DNA from: a virus
Lineage: Duplodnaviria > Caudoviricetes
Reading direction: 5' to 3' (one strand)
IMG/VR virus record: IMGVR_UViG_3300007961_000135
Span: 11,287 to 75,286 of that record
Length of the DNA: 64,000 bases
Shown here: in pieces, positions 9,243-18,768 of the stretch
Position numbering within the stretch: position 1 is the first letter of the stretch
Layout: each line of letters begins with the position of its first letter
The notes under the pieces: model-generated
Database searches by the model: none
The model's input: the letters and a program-made list of their open reading frames with translations, nothing else
What the model was told of the DNA's origin: nothing
Program-made: the position numbers and the translations under genes

Positions 9243-10181
9243 GTGGCACGGGCAACACGCTTCCTGAAAGAGAGTCAGACGGAATTTGCCAAGGCGTTCC
9301 GGCCTCTCGGTGAACGGTACAGCTCTTGGAAGGTATGGGCGGACTTCGTTGCTCTTGCTGCTATCGCCATTGCCAACCGTTTCGGAGACCCCGACGACAA
9401 GCGCCACCAGGAGCGGGAAAAGGAATACCTCAACATCATGAAGCGGTACACTTCGCAGGAGCAGGAGGTTTTTCCGACACTCTTTTCAATGACCGTTAAA
9501 GCCCTGGATGACAATCCGGAGCAAGACTATCTCGGCGAAATGTTCATGGGTTTGGAGCTTGGGAACCATTGGACGGGTCAGTTTTTTACCCCCTATCATG
9601 TCTGCCAGCTCATGGCCGCCATTTCAATGGAAGATGTTGAGGCAAAGATCGAACGGCAAGGCTGGATAGGAATCATGGATTGCGCCTGCGGCGCCGGCGC
9701 GCTGCTGATAGCCGCAAGGAACCACTTTTACCTTGCAAACCCGCCGATAGGATACCTTCCCGCGCACCTGCACACGCTCTTTGTATGTCAGGATGTTGAC
9801 CGCACGGCGGCGCTCATGTGCTACATTCAGCTTTCCCTTTTGGGCTGTGCCGGCTATGTGGTCGTCGGCAACTCGATTACAAACCCCACCATCAGCCTCA
9901 ACGGGAATCCCGTACTCCCCATTGAGAAAGAGGGACAGGAAATCTGGTGTATGCCGATGTTCCACGACCAGGTTTGGGTCATGCGTCAGGCGTTTGCCAG
10001 AATGGACGGACTTGTCCGGGCGGCGGCGCCGGCGGAAGTGTCCGAACCGAAAGCCCTTAACAGAGCCAAAAAAGCCGAGTTAACCCCGAAAATGTGCAAA
10101 GATGTGCAAGATTTGCACGTTAAGGAGCAAAAAGTCGCGGAGTTAAATGTGACCGCGACCGGACAGCTCACACTATTCTGA
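9243..10181 (+). CDS. N6-adenine methylase-like protein (SAM-binding part of the HsdM family)
   Basis: GQFFTPYHV and motif I DCACGAGALL; no NPPY/F seen. Confidence 0.7.
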   Translation: MARATRFLKESQTEFAKAFRPLGERYSSWKVWADFVALAAIAIANRFGDPDDKRHQEREKEYLNIMKRYTSQEQEVFPTLFSMTVKALDDNPEQDYLGEMFMGLELGNHWTGQFFTPYHVCQLMAAISMEDVEAKIERQGWIGIMDCACGAGALLIAARNHFYLANPPIGYLPAHLHTLFVCQDVDRTAALMCYIQLSLLGCAGYVVVGNSITNPTISLNGNPVLPIEKEGQEIWCMPMFHDQVWVMRQAFARMDGLVRAAAPAEVSEPKALNRAKKAELTPKMCKDVQDLHVKEQKVAELNVTATGQLTLF

Positions 10182-10189
10182 AAGGAGAA

Positions 10190-10588
10190 ATGACAATGAT
10201 TATCAGTGTACAGTTCAAATACAAGAAGTTCGACACCTACGGAGGCCGGAAATACTCCTACTTCTGCGATATCGACGGCGTGAAGGTCGGAGATCTGGTA
10301 AATGTGCCGGCAGGCAAGGGCGAAGGCGTTGCCCGGGTGACGGATATAAACGTCCCGGAGGAAAGCATTTACCCGGCAATCAGAAAAATCATGAAGTCGG
10401 TGATCTCCATAGCGGAGGATCCGGCACCGTGTGATAAGCGCAGCTGTGAAACCTGTGACGAACTCACACCAATTGGAGAGGGCGACCATATTTGCGGGGC
10501 TGATCCTCACAAAATGCCTATCTGCGAGTATTCCCCCTCTGACGAATACCTCTGGTGCAAGGGCACGTATTACAGGAGGAAAACATGA
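10190..10588 (+). CDS. Hypothetical phage protein with Cys-rich C-terminus
   Basis: GAAAGGAG RBS; YSYFCDIDGVKVGDLVNVP pattern. Confidence 0.65.
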   Translation: MTMIISVQFKYKKFDTYGGRKYSYFCDIDGVKVGDLVNVPAGKGEGVARVTDINVPEESIYPAIRKIMKSVISIAEDPAPCDKRSCETCDELTPIGEGDHICGADPHKMPICEYSPSDEYLWCKGTYYRRKT

Positions 10589-10799
10589 TGTATCGGGAAT
10601 GCCCGGCTTGCGGGCTACACCTCGACCCGGGCGAAAAATGCGATTGTCAGGAAGAAAGGGTGAGAACCAGTAAATGAAACGGCGGTTTTTGGGACAAAAA
10701 AAGAGGAGCCGACGCGAACGCCGACCCCCTAGGGAACAAGCCCATTGTACCGCAGATGTTCAGTAGAAGTCAAGACAGAACGAACACAAGGAGGAATAT

Positions 10800-12773
10800 A
10801 TGATACTTCAATCCATGACCCTGACGAACTTTCAGGGGATCCGGGACCTGCACCTGGATTTCAACGGGAAAAGCGGTTCGATCTACGGTACGAACGGGGC
10901 AGGCAAGACCACCGTATACAACGCTTTCACCTGGCTGCTGTTCGACAAGGCCAGCACCGGCGCCAAAAACTTCACCCCCAAGACCAAGGGTCCTGACGGC
11001 GACCTCCACAATCTCGATCACAGCGCCGAGGCCGCATTCATCATGCAGACGGGCGAAACCGCCACCTTCAAGAAGGTGTATCACGAGGTCTGGAAGAAGA
11101 AGCGCGGCAGCTCTGCCGAGGAGTTTGACGGTCACACCGTTGACTATTACATCGACGGCGTGCCGATGAAGGAGAAGCAGTACACCGAAACGCTTCAAAA
11201 CTACTGCGGCGGTATCGAACGCATGAAGATACTCACCATGCCGGATTACTTCGCCGAGGTCCTCCCCTGGGACGAGCGCCGGAAGATACTTATTGACCTT
11301 TGCGGAGATGTGACCGACGTGGACGTTATACGTTCCAGTGACACTCTGAAAGACATCGACGCCTATCTCCGAAAGCCCGGCACCGCAGACCAGTTTTACT
11401 CCGTGGAGGAGTACAAGAAAATCGCCTCCGTCAGAAAGGGCGAAATCAACAAACAGCTCCAGGCCCTTCCCGGGCGCATAGACGAGGCCCGGAGGGCCGT
11501 ACTGGAAGCGGATGGGCTGACTTTCCCTCAGATACAGGAGCGAATAGAAAAGCTTGCCAAGCAGCGCCAGCAGCTTATGGAGCACCGCGCCGGCCTGCTT
11601 AATAGCGGCACCGCAGTCACAGAGGCCAAAAAGAAGACCGCCGAAGCGGAAGCGGCGCTCAACGAGGCACGGAACGCATACCTTTCCTCGTCCGGAAACG
11701 CGAATGCCGAGATAATCGAGGAAATCTCCAATCTTCAAGCGCTCCTTGGTAAGTCGAGGAACCAGGCTGCCGAATTGAGGCAGCAGGCCTCAGAGCTTCG
11801 GAGGGCTGCTGACCGTATGACAGACCAGCGGCAGGCGCTTCTCCTGGACTATGCCGAAACGCAGGCTCTTGTGTGGGACGAAGCACAGGAGACATGCCCC
11901 GCGTGCGGTCAGCGCCTCCCGGCGGATCGTATCGACGAGCTGAAAAGTGCTTTTAACCAACACCGAAGCGACCGACTTATGGCCATTAACGTGCGCGGTC
12001 AAGCCGAATGCAGCTCGTCCATGATAGAAGACGCTATTTCCCAGGCTGAAAAGGCAGAGCGCATTGCCGAGGCAAACGATACCGAAGTCAAGATAACGCA
12101 GGAGCGTATCAAGGGACTTAATGACAGACTCTCCGAACAGCCGAAATTTGAGCTGACTGAGGAATACTTTACCCTCAGTAAAAACGTCACTCTCGCCCGT
12201 ATGGCCGAGAAAGAGGCCAAAGAGGTCAATGTTCCAGACACCTCGGTCATTGACCGGCAGATACTCGACCTGGGTGAAGCTCTTGACGAGGCCCAGCAGA
12301 TGAAATCACGAATTGAGCTGGCCAATGCCCAGCAGCGCCGTATTGCCGAGCTCGAAGACCAAGAAAAGCAAATGGGCGCCGAATATGAGACGCTTGAATA
12401 TGGCATATGGCTCTGTGACGAGTTCACCAAGGCAAAGGTCAAAATGCTCACCAGCCGTATAGACGGCAAGTTTGAAAACGTGCGCTTCCGGCTGTTCCAG
12501 GAGCAGTTAAACGGCGGAGTCAAGGACGATTGCGAGGCCCTGGTTCCCAATGATGAAGGAGTTCTGGTGCCGTATCGGGACGCAAATACCGCCGGATGTG
12601 TCAATGCGGGGCTGGAGATTATCGAGGTTCTCTCTAACCACTGGAATATGAAAATGCCTGTGTTTGTGGACAATGCGGAGCGGATCGTCGAGCTTTTACA
12701 GACGAACACGCAGGTGATCCGGTTTGAGGTGTCTAAGGCAGACAAGGAACTGAGGCTATCGCTTGATGGGTAA
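10800..12773 (+). CDS. AAA/SMC-like (Rad50-type) ATPase of the phage recombination module
   Basis: Walker A GTNGAGKT, long coiled coil, CPACGQ hook, Walker B-like PVFVDNAE. Confidence 0.85.
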   Translation: MILQSMTLTNFQGIRDLHLDFNGKSGSIYGTNGAGKTTVYNAFTWLLFDKASTGAKNFTPKTKGPDGDLHNLDHSAEAAFIMQTGETATFKKVYHEVWKKKRGSSAEEFDGHTVDYYIDGVPMKEKQYTETLQNYCGGIERMKILTMPDYFAEVLPWDERRKILIDLCGDVTDVDVIRSSDTLKDIDAYLRKPGTADQFYSVEEYKKIASVRKGEINKQLQALPGRIDEARRAVLEADGLTFPQIQERIEKLAKQRQQLMEHRAGLLNSGTAVTEAKKKTAEAEAALNEARNAYLSSSGNANAEIIEEISNLQALLGKSRNQAAELRQQASELRRAADRMTDQRQALLLDYAETQALVWDEAQETCPACGQRLPADRIDELKSAFNQHRSDRLMAINVRGQAECSSSMIEDAISQAEKAERIAEANDTEVKITQERIKGLNDRLSEQPKFELTEEYFTLSKNVTLARMAEKEAKEVNVPDTSVIDRQILDLGEALDEAQQMKSRIELANAQQRRIAELEDQEKQMGAEYETLEYGIWLCDEFTKAKVKMLTSRIDGKFENVRFRLFQEQLNGGVKDDCEALVPNDEGVLVPYRDANTAGCVNAGLEIIEVLSNHWNMKMPVFVDNAERIVELLQTNTQVIRFEVSKADKELRLSLDG

Positions 12774-13260
12774 GGAAGAAAACCTCTCCGGCAGACGGTT
12801 CGGACGTCTCACAGTCAAAGAAATCGCCGGAAAAATCGGGAAAAAGACATTATGGCGTTGTCTTTGTGACTGCGGACGCTCGACAGTTGTAAGGGCCGAT
12901 CAGCTTAAAAGCGGAAATACAAGAAGCTGTGGCTGTCTCAGCAAGGATATTGCAAGGGCCACTTTTACAACGCACGGAAAATCCCAGCACATGAAATTAT
13001 ATAAAGTTTGGACATCTATGAAACAACGATGTTCTAACCCAAACAGCCAGAATTATCATCGGTATGGAGGGAGAGGCATCACAGTTTGCCGGGAATGGAT
13101 CGACAGCTTTGAACGGTTTTACGATTGGGCCCTTGCATCAGGGTATCGAGAAGGCCTCGAAATCGACAGAATAGACAACAATGGCGGTTATTCCCCGGGA
13201 AACTGCCACTGGGTCACCCATAAAGTCAACGCAAATAATCGTGAAAACAACAGGAGGTAA
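12763..13260 (+). CDS. HNH-type homing-endonuclease-like protein
   Basis: GRRFGRLTV, CLCDCG, SCGC, YGGRGITVC, IDRIDNNGGYSPGNCHWVT. Confidence 0.8.
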   Translation: MMGKEENLSGRRFGRLTVKEIAGKIGKKTLWRCLCDCGRSTVVRADQLKSGNTRSCGCLSKDIARATFTTHGKSQHMKLYKVWTSMKQRCSNPNSQNYHRYGGRGITVCREWIDSFERFYDWALASGYREGLEIDRIDNNGGYSPGNCHWVTHKVNANNRENNRR

Positions 13261-13265
13261 AAATC

Positions 13266-14312
13266 ATGGCTACCAACAGCACAGCTCCCCAGACAACCGA
13301 AGTATCCCCCGTAATTCCGGATACTGCCGCCGCAGCCCCCGCTAAGGCTACTCCCAGCGAGAGGTTTACACAACTCGTCATGAAGCAGTTCGGCGGGGCC
13401 GTCGGAGCCCCGGAGGTGACGGACTTCCAGAAGAGGCTGATTCAGGGATATTTCATTGCGATTGATCGCGCTCTCAAAACAGCGGAAGAAGAAAGGCTCA
13501 GAAAGAACAGCACCAATAAAAGCCGCGAGTATGACAATCTTCTGCCCGTAACCTGGGACAACGTCAACGCGCTCGATCTTGCCTTGGACGTCGTACACTA
13601 TGCCCGCATGGGCCTGGATATGATGCAGGATAATCACCTGTTCCCCATTCCATTCAAAAATAACAAAACGAACAAGTACGACGTAAATCTGATGAAGGGC
13701 TACAACGGAATCAGCTACATCGCCCTTAAATACGCGCTCGAAAGTCCGATAGCTGTTACGACAGAGCTGGTTTACAGCACCGACACCTTTAAGCCCATCA
13801 AAAAGGGCCTCGATAATCATGTGGACAGCTATCAGTTTATCATCAACGACCCCTTTAATCGCGGCACCGTCGTCGGCGGGTTTGGGTACATCGAGTATAA
13901 CGACCCCACCAAAAACAAGCTGATAATCATGACCCGCAAGGACATTGAGAAGCGCAAGCCCCGGTACGCATCCCCCAATTTTTGGGGTGGAAAGGCCTCG
14001 GAGTGGAAAACCGGCGAAGACGGCAAGCGGTATAAGACCGAGGTCGAGATTGAAGGCTGGTTTGACGAAATGTGCCTCAAAACCGTCATCCGAGAAGTTT
14101 ACAGCCCCAAGCACATCAAGCTTGACCCCATGAAAATCGACGAGAACTACCAATACATGAAGCTCCGCGAGGCCCAGATCGCTGAAATGCAGGCCAATGA
14201 AGAGGTTGATATCTATGCAAATGGTGACGTCATAGACACATCGCCCGAATTAGCCCCCAGCGCCTCCGCAGCTCTGCCGTCTGCCTCTACGGGGTATCAG
14301 GTAAACGCCTGA
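13266..14312 (+). CDS. recT: RecT-family single-strand annealing protein
   Basis: YARMGLDM...HLFPIPF, GYNG, WFDEMCLKTVIR motifs; position between ATPase and MBL nuclease. Confidence 0.75.
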   Translation: MATNSTAPQTTEVSPVIPDTAAAAPAKATPSERFTQLVMKQFGGAVGAPEVTDFQKRLIQGYFIAIDRALKTAEEERLRKNSTNKSREYDNLLPVTWDNVNALDLALDVVHYARMGLDMMQDNHLFPIPFKNNKTNKYDVNLMKGYNGISYIALKYALESPIAVTTELVYSTDTFKPIKKGLDNHVDSYQFIINDPFNRGTVVGGFGYIEYNDPTKNKLIIMTRKDIEKRKPRYASPNFWGGKASEWKTGEDGKRYKTEVEIEGWFDEMCLKTVIREVYSPKHIKLDPMKIDENYQYMKLREAQIAEMQANEEVDIYANGDVIDTSPELAPSASAALPSASTGYQVNA

Positions 14313-14423
14313 TACTGGGGAAGCAACCGAGGCCGCAGAGAGCCGCACAGAGTCCGCAGCGGCAACGCCGACGCCTTTTGCTGGCGAAGCACAGCAGACC
14401 ACCATGGGAGGTCCTAACTTCTG

Positions 14424-15125
14424 ATGGACATAAAGATACTCGCTTCCGGAAGCGACGGAAACGCTTACACAATTTCAGACGGCACTACTGCCCTTTTGCT
14501 GGACGCGGGTATTCCCTTGAAGGAGTTGCAGATAAGGACAGGCTTCAAGATCCGCCAGTTGGCCGCTTCCTTTGTTACCCACGAGCATAAGGACCACAGC
14601 AAGGCTATGAAGGATCTGGGACACCTCGGAGTCGATGTCTATGCCAGCAGAGGAACAATGGAAGCGTGTGGCCTTTCCGGCCACCGCTTCCACAGCATAA
14701 AAGCGCTGGAGGAATTTGACGTGGGGAGCTTCCGCATTTTGCCGTTTGACGTTGAGCACGACGCAGCGGAACCATTGGGCTTTCTGTTTGCCAGCAAGAC
14801 CACCGGCGAAAAGCTCCTGTATTTCACAGACACCTATTATGTGCGTTACCGATTCCAAGGGCTCACTCATATCATGGCCGAATGTAACTATACTGAGGCC
14901 GGCATATGGGACAGCGTCAACGAAGGGCGTATCCCCGTCGAACTTGTTCCCCGCCTTGTCCGTTCTCACATGAGCATGGAGCACCTGCTGGACATGCTCA
15001 GGGCCAACGATATGAGTGCGGTACGGCAGATATATCTTCTGCACCTCAGCGATAACAACAGCGAAGCGCAGAAAATGAAAGAGGCTGTCCAGCGTCAGAC
15101 CGGCGTCGAGGTCTATCTTAGCTGA
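14424..15125 (+). CDS. Metallo-beta-lactamase-fold exonuclease
   Basis: LLLDAG, THEHKDH, HD, TDT, HMS, LHLS motifs. Confidence 0.9.
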   Translation: MDIKILASGSDGNAYTISDGTTALLLDAGIPLKELQIRTGFKIRQLAASFVTHEHKDHSKAMKDLGHLGVDVYASRGTMEACGLSGHRFHSIKALEEFDVGSFRILPFDVEHDAAEPLGFLFASKTTGEKLLYFTDTYYVRYRFQGLTHIMAECNYTEAGIWDSVNEGRIPVELVPRLVRSHMSMEHLLDMLRANDMSAVRQIYLLHLSDNNSEAQKMKEAVQRQTGVEVYLS

Positions 15126-15143
15126 AAGGGGTGTGCATGCAGA

Positions 15144-16067
15144 ATGGCTCGTCGAGACCAGCCATATTTTCCGCTGTACGTGCAGGATTTTTTGACCGAT
15201 GAAAAGTTAATCGAGTGCAGCGCCGAGGCCACGGGCGTGTACATACGGCTGCTCTGCATCATGCACAAGTCGCAGGAATACGGGGTAATTTTGCTCAAGC
15301 AAAAATCCAAGCAAAATTCAAGCAAACTTTTAGAATTTGCTTGGAAGCTTGCTAAACAAATGCCTTGGGACGTGGATACAATCCTTCGCGGACTGACCGA
15401 GCTTGTGGAGGAAGGGGTCGTTACCATTGAAGGAGACCGTCTTTACCAAAAAAGAATGGTAAAAGACGGTCAAATCAGCGAAAAACGGGCAAAATCGGGA
15501 CAAAAAGGCGGTAAAAAGTCATTTCAAAACAGGTCCGATTCGTCTTCTTCATCATCATTTGCTTCGGGTTTTGCTTCGGATTTTGCTCAAGCAAAAATCC
15601 AAGCAAACTCTGAAAATGAAAATGAAAATCATAATAGTACTAACGTAGAAGTAGAAGGAGATAGAAAAGAGGGGTGCAGGGGGGAAGAGAAAGAGGGAAC
15701 GCCCCCGGCGTCAAATGGGCTCCTTAGCGATCCGGAGCTTGCCCGTGTTATGAGTCACTATCTTGACACCGTTGACCCTATGCCCTCCTCTACGAGCCTA
15801 CAGGAGCTAAAGGAATACACGGAACAGTTCGGCGCCGATATTGTCATTCACGCAATCGACAGAGGACGGGACATGCTTTCCCAGCGGGTGAACTGGAGCT
15901 ACATAAAAGGCATCCTGCGGGGTTATGCGAGCTCGAATGTCCAAACGCTTGGCGATGTCCGCAGACAGGAGCAGGATTTTGAGGAAAGATCTGAAAGGGC
16001 GTCGGGCTCGACAGGTCAGGTATTCGTCGACATGGCAAGAGAGGCGGTTAAGAATGACAGAAAATGA
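15144..16067 (+). CDS. Replication initiator (DUF1376-like N-terminus, DnaD-like C-terminus)
   Basis: PYFPLYVQDFLTD N-terminus; C-terminal NWSYIKGILRGY (DnaD YxxxIL motif). Confidence 0.8.
   Translation: MARRDQPYFPLYVQDFLTDEKLIECSAEATGVYIRLLCIMHKSQEYGVILLKQKSKQNSSKLLEFAWKLAKQMPWDVDTILRGLTELVEEGVVTIEGDRLYQKRMVKDGQISEKRAKSGQKGGKKSFQNRSDSSSSSSFASGFASDFAQAKIQANSENENENHNSTNVEVEGDRKEGCRGEEKEGTPPASNGLLSDPELARVMSHYLDTVDPMPSSTSLQELKEYTEQFGADIVIHAIDRGRDMLSQRVNWSYIKGILRGYASSNVQTLGDVRRQEQDFEERSERASGSTGQVFVDMAREAVKNDRK
15289..15625. repeat. Iteron-like repeats inside the initiator gene (putative phage ori)
   Basis: 27-bp direct repeat TTTTGCTCAAGCAAAAATCCAAGCAAA at 15289 and 15581; at least 8 AAGCAAA/TTTGCTT units; then GAAAAT x3 AT-rich tract. 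Confidence 0.6.
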
Positions 16068-16593
16068 AACGCTCGTCATCATGGGAATTTTACAGTCTGC
16101 ATTCCCCAGCTTTTACAAGGGCATGGGTAAGAAAAATGCTTATTCCGTCGCTTCGCTCTGGCACCAAATGTTTGCTGACGATGACTTCCAGGATGTGCAG
16201 GCGGCCGTCAAAATACTCCTTGCGACCAAGACTGATGATTTTCCACCGACTATCGGTGCCGTCAAGGAGAAGCTGACGCAGTTGCACGCCGTCGGAGAAA
16301 TGAGCGCCCAGGACGCCTGGACGCTGGCCGCGAAGGCCGCTGCCGGAAATCTGAGCTGGGAGAAGTTGCCGCCCTTGGTGCAGAAAGCAATAGGTTCCCC
16401 TGCCGTTCTGCGGGAATGGGGCGTTACCGATGAAAGAGCATTCCACACCGTGATTTACAGTCAGTTTATCAAGGCTTATAAAATACAGCGGCAGCGCGAG
16501 CGAGAAATGGCAGCCATACCCGCCGAGGTGCGGGACATGCTTACGGCAATCGCTGACAAAATGTCGCTGCCGGAAAGGAGCGAACTTACATGA
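16054..16593 (+). CDS. Replicative helicase loader/inhibitor (SPP1 G39P-like)
   Basis: Follows the initiator; LWHQMFADDDFQDVQAAVKILLAT...FPPTIGAV pattern. Confidence 0.7.
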   Translation: MTENETLVIMGILQSAFPSFYKGMGKKNAYSVASLWHQMFADDDFQDVQAAVKILLATKTDDFPPTIGAVKEKLTQLHAVGEMSAQDAWTLAAKAAAGNLSWEKLPPLVQKAIGSPAVLREWGVTDERAFHTVIYSQFIKAYKIQRQREREMAAIPAEVRDMLTAIADKMSLPERSELT

Positions 16594-16780
16594 GTTACCA
16601 GACATTCACAAAATTAAGTCCGAGGGGGCGCCGCCGGGCTGTGGTGGTTATGAGCGTAGAAATAATCTTATTAGCGGTGATTTTGATTATCGCCGGTTGC
16701 CTATTAAGTCTTGGCGACTATTTCATTCAGTTACTTTTGGGTGTGGCATGATTGCCGCAATTCAAGGAGGAAAAGCAAAA

Positions 16781-17386
16781 ATGACAGCAAAGATATTAGC
16801 ACTGACAGCCTTAATTTTTTTAGGCTCGCCATGGACGAAAGACGCGGACAAGCCGGTACCCGTCAATTACATCGAGAACAAGGCAATTATCGAGGCCGAG
16901 ACCGCAGAATACAAAGAAAACCATTTTCGTGACGTCACGAAAATGATAGAGGCCGAACCTGTAAGCAATTCCGACATGTTCGGTGTTTCCGAACAGCTGA
17001 CAGACGGCTGGAGCGAGGCCGACGTCGAAATGCTCGCCTGTGTCATTTACCAAGAGGCGGGGGCCGATTACATAGCGGACAATACCCGGTACATGGTCGG
17101 CGACGTCGTTCTCAACCGCGTGGCGGATCCGCGCTTCCCAGACGCCCTTGAGGATGTGCTTACACAGAAAGGCCAGTATGGGCGCTTTTATTGGACAGGC
17201 ATTATATGGCCGGAGCGGGCGGACAGTCCGAATGAGGCCTGCGCTGTCCAGAGAGCATACGACACAGCCCGTGCGCTGCTCTCCGGCGACCACAGCGAGC
17301 TATACGGCGCAGGGTACGTCTGGCAGGCTGAGTTCAAGCAGGGTACAGACATCATCTATGCCGACGGAATCTATTTTGGAAGGTGA
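16781..17386 (+). CDS. SleB-like cell-wall hydrolase (Hydrolase_2) with signal/anchor
   Basis: LACVIYQEAG, VGDVVLNRV, RFPD, VLTQKGQY motifs. Confidence 0.8.
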   Translation: MTAKILALTALIFLGSPWTKDADKPVPVNYIENKAIIEAETAEYKENHFRDVTKMIEAEPVSNSDMFGVSEQLTDGWSEADVEMLACVIYQEAGADYIADNTRYMVGDVVLNRVADPRFPDALEDVLTQKGQYGRFYWTGIIWPERADSPNEACAVQRAYDTARALLSGDHSELYGAGYVWQAEFKQGTDIIYADGIYFGR

Positions 17387-17392
17387 CGCGAT

Positions 17393-17923
17393 ATGGCTGA
17401 ATCGCCTGGTTGGGAAGCAGACAAAAAAGCGCTCCGCAAGTTTATGGGGCAACGCTCCCGGGCGCTGGGCAAGCAGTTTGAAGACCGGCTAACTGCCTCA
17501 TTTGATTACTACGATTATCGGGGATATGCCTCGGTGGAAAAGACACCGGAGCCGATGAAGATACTCAAGCCGCTTGACGCCGGCAGATTTATCGCATGTT
17601 TTACGAAAAAAGCCCAGGCAGACTACAGCGGTACCATGAAGGGCGGACGCCGGGTCATCTTCGAAGCCAAGTTCACGGCGATGGACAGGCTCAAACAGGA
17701 AGTTGTGGACGATAACCAGGCAAAGTATCTGAGGAAGCACGCGGCTCTGGGAGCCCGCTGTTACGTGGTGGCTGGTTATGCCTCCGGAAATGTTTACCGG
17801 GTGCCCTGGGAGGTCTGGGACGGCATGAAAGCCCATTTCGGGCGAAAGTACGTTACCGAGGCTGATTTGACGGAATACCGCGTAAGGACATCGTGGAACG
17901 ACACCCTGCTCTTACTCGGATAA
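17393..17923 (+). CDS. recU: RecU-family Holliday junction resolvase
   Basis: GKQFE, VEKTPEP, ADYSGT, IFEAK motifs. Confidence 0.85.
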   Translation: MAESPGWEADKKALRKFMGQRSRALGKQFEDRLTASFDYYDYRGYASVEKTPEPMKILKPLDAGRFIACFTKKAQADYSGTMKGGRRVIFEAKFTAMDRLKQEVVDDNQAKYLRKHAALGARCYVVAGYASGNVYRVPWEVWDGMKAHFGRKYVTEADLTEYRVRTSWNDTLLLLG

Positions 17924-17939
17924 AGAAAGGAGTAATCAC

Positions 17940-18653
17940 ATGAGCGAAATATCCAAATACGAGGCACAGGTCAAGAAAATGCAGGCGCTGTGTGAGGAAC
18001 ATGAGCTTGTCTATCGCTTTGACAAGTACCGGTATCCGATGATTTTCACGATCCGGCCAACTCAGAGTGGAGGGGAACAGCTCTCTATGCTGGAAAAGGA
18101 CGAGGAGGAGGCCTATACCTCCCCGGACGCTTACATGAAGTGGCAGTTCCAGAACAACGAGCTCCGGCAGGTGGTGGACGGCGGCGCCTTTACAATCGAC
18201 GTCACCCTTCGCAAGAAGATTGAGACTATTCTTCTGAAAATGATTACGTTCTGGCTCCAGTATTTCTTCCGGGACGTAATGATAAATGGCTCCCTCAGGC
18301 GCGGCATGATGCCCGTTATCAACGAGGATGACGCCGTCGCCGCCGACGAGGCGTCCGACCAGTATGACGATGACGAGGATGAAGACGACGAGCCGGAAAT
18401 TGAGATTGAGGAGGACGAGGAAGGAGGTGACGATGATGAAGAAGCGGATTCTTTGATTGAGCAGGCTACGCAAATAGTTCGGGCCGAGAATAAGGCCACG
18501 GTATCGCTTCTCCAGCGGAGAATGAACATCGGCTATGCCCAGGCGTCAAGGCTTATGGACAGGCTGGAAGACAAGGGCGTTGTCGGACCGTTCAACGGAA
18601 ACGAGCCGAGGGCTGTTCTTCCCTGCGACGTCCCGGACGACGAGGCCGTATAA
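17940..18653 (+). CDS. Protein with C-terminal FtsK-gamma winged helix
   Basis: ATVSLLQRRMNIGYAQASRLMDRLEDKGVVGPFNGNEPRAVL preceded by an acidic linker; no motor domain. Confidence 0.8.
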   Translation: MSEISKYEAQVKKMQALCEEHELVYRFDKYRYPMIFTIRPTQSGGEQLSMLEKDEEEAYTSPDAYMKWQFQNNELRQVVDGGAFTIDVTLRKKIETILLKMITFWLQYFFRDVMINGSLRRGMMPVINEDDAVAADEASDQYDDDEDEDDEPEIEIEEDEEGGDDDEEADSLIEQATQIVRAENKATVSLLQRRMNIGYAQASRLMDRLEDKGVVGPFNGNEPRAVLPCDVPDDEAV

Positions 18654-18768
18654 GGCAAAAGAAAAAGACCGCCTCACACGGGCGGTCTAAATCTCAGAGA
18701 AACACCATTTTTACGGAAAGGAGCTCTCTTTACCAGAATTATATCACGGAGAAAGAGAAAAAGCAAGA

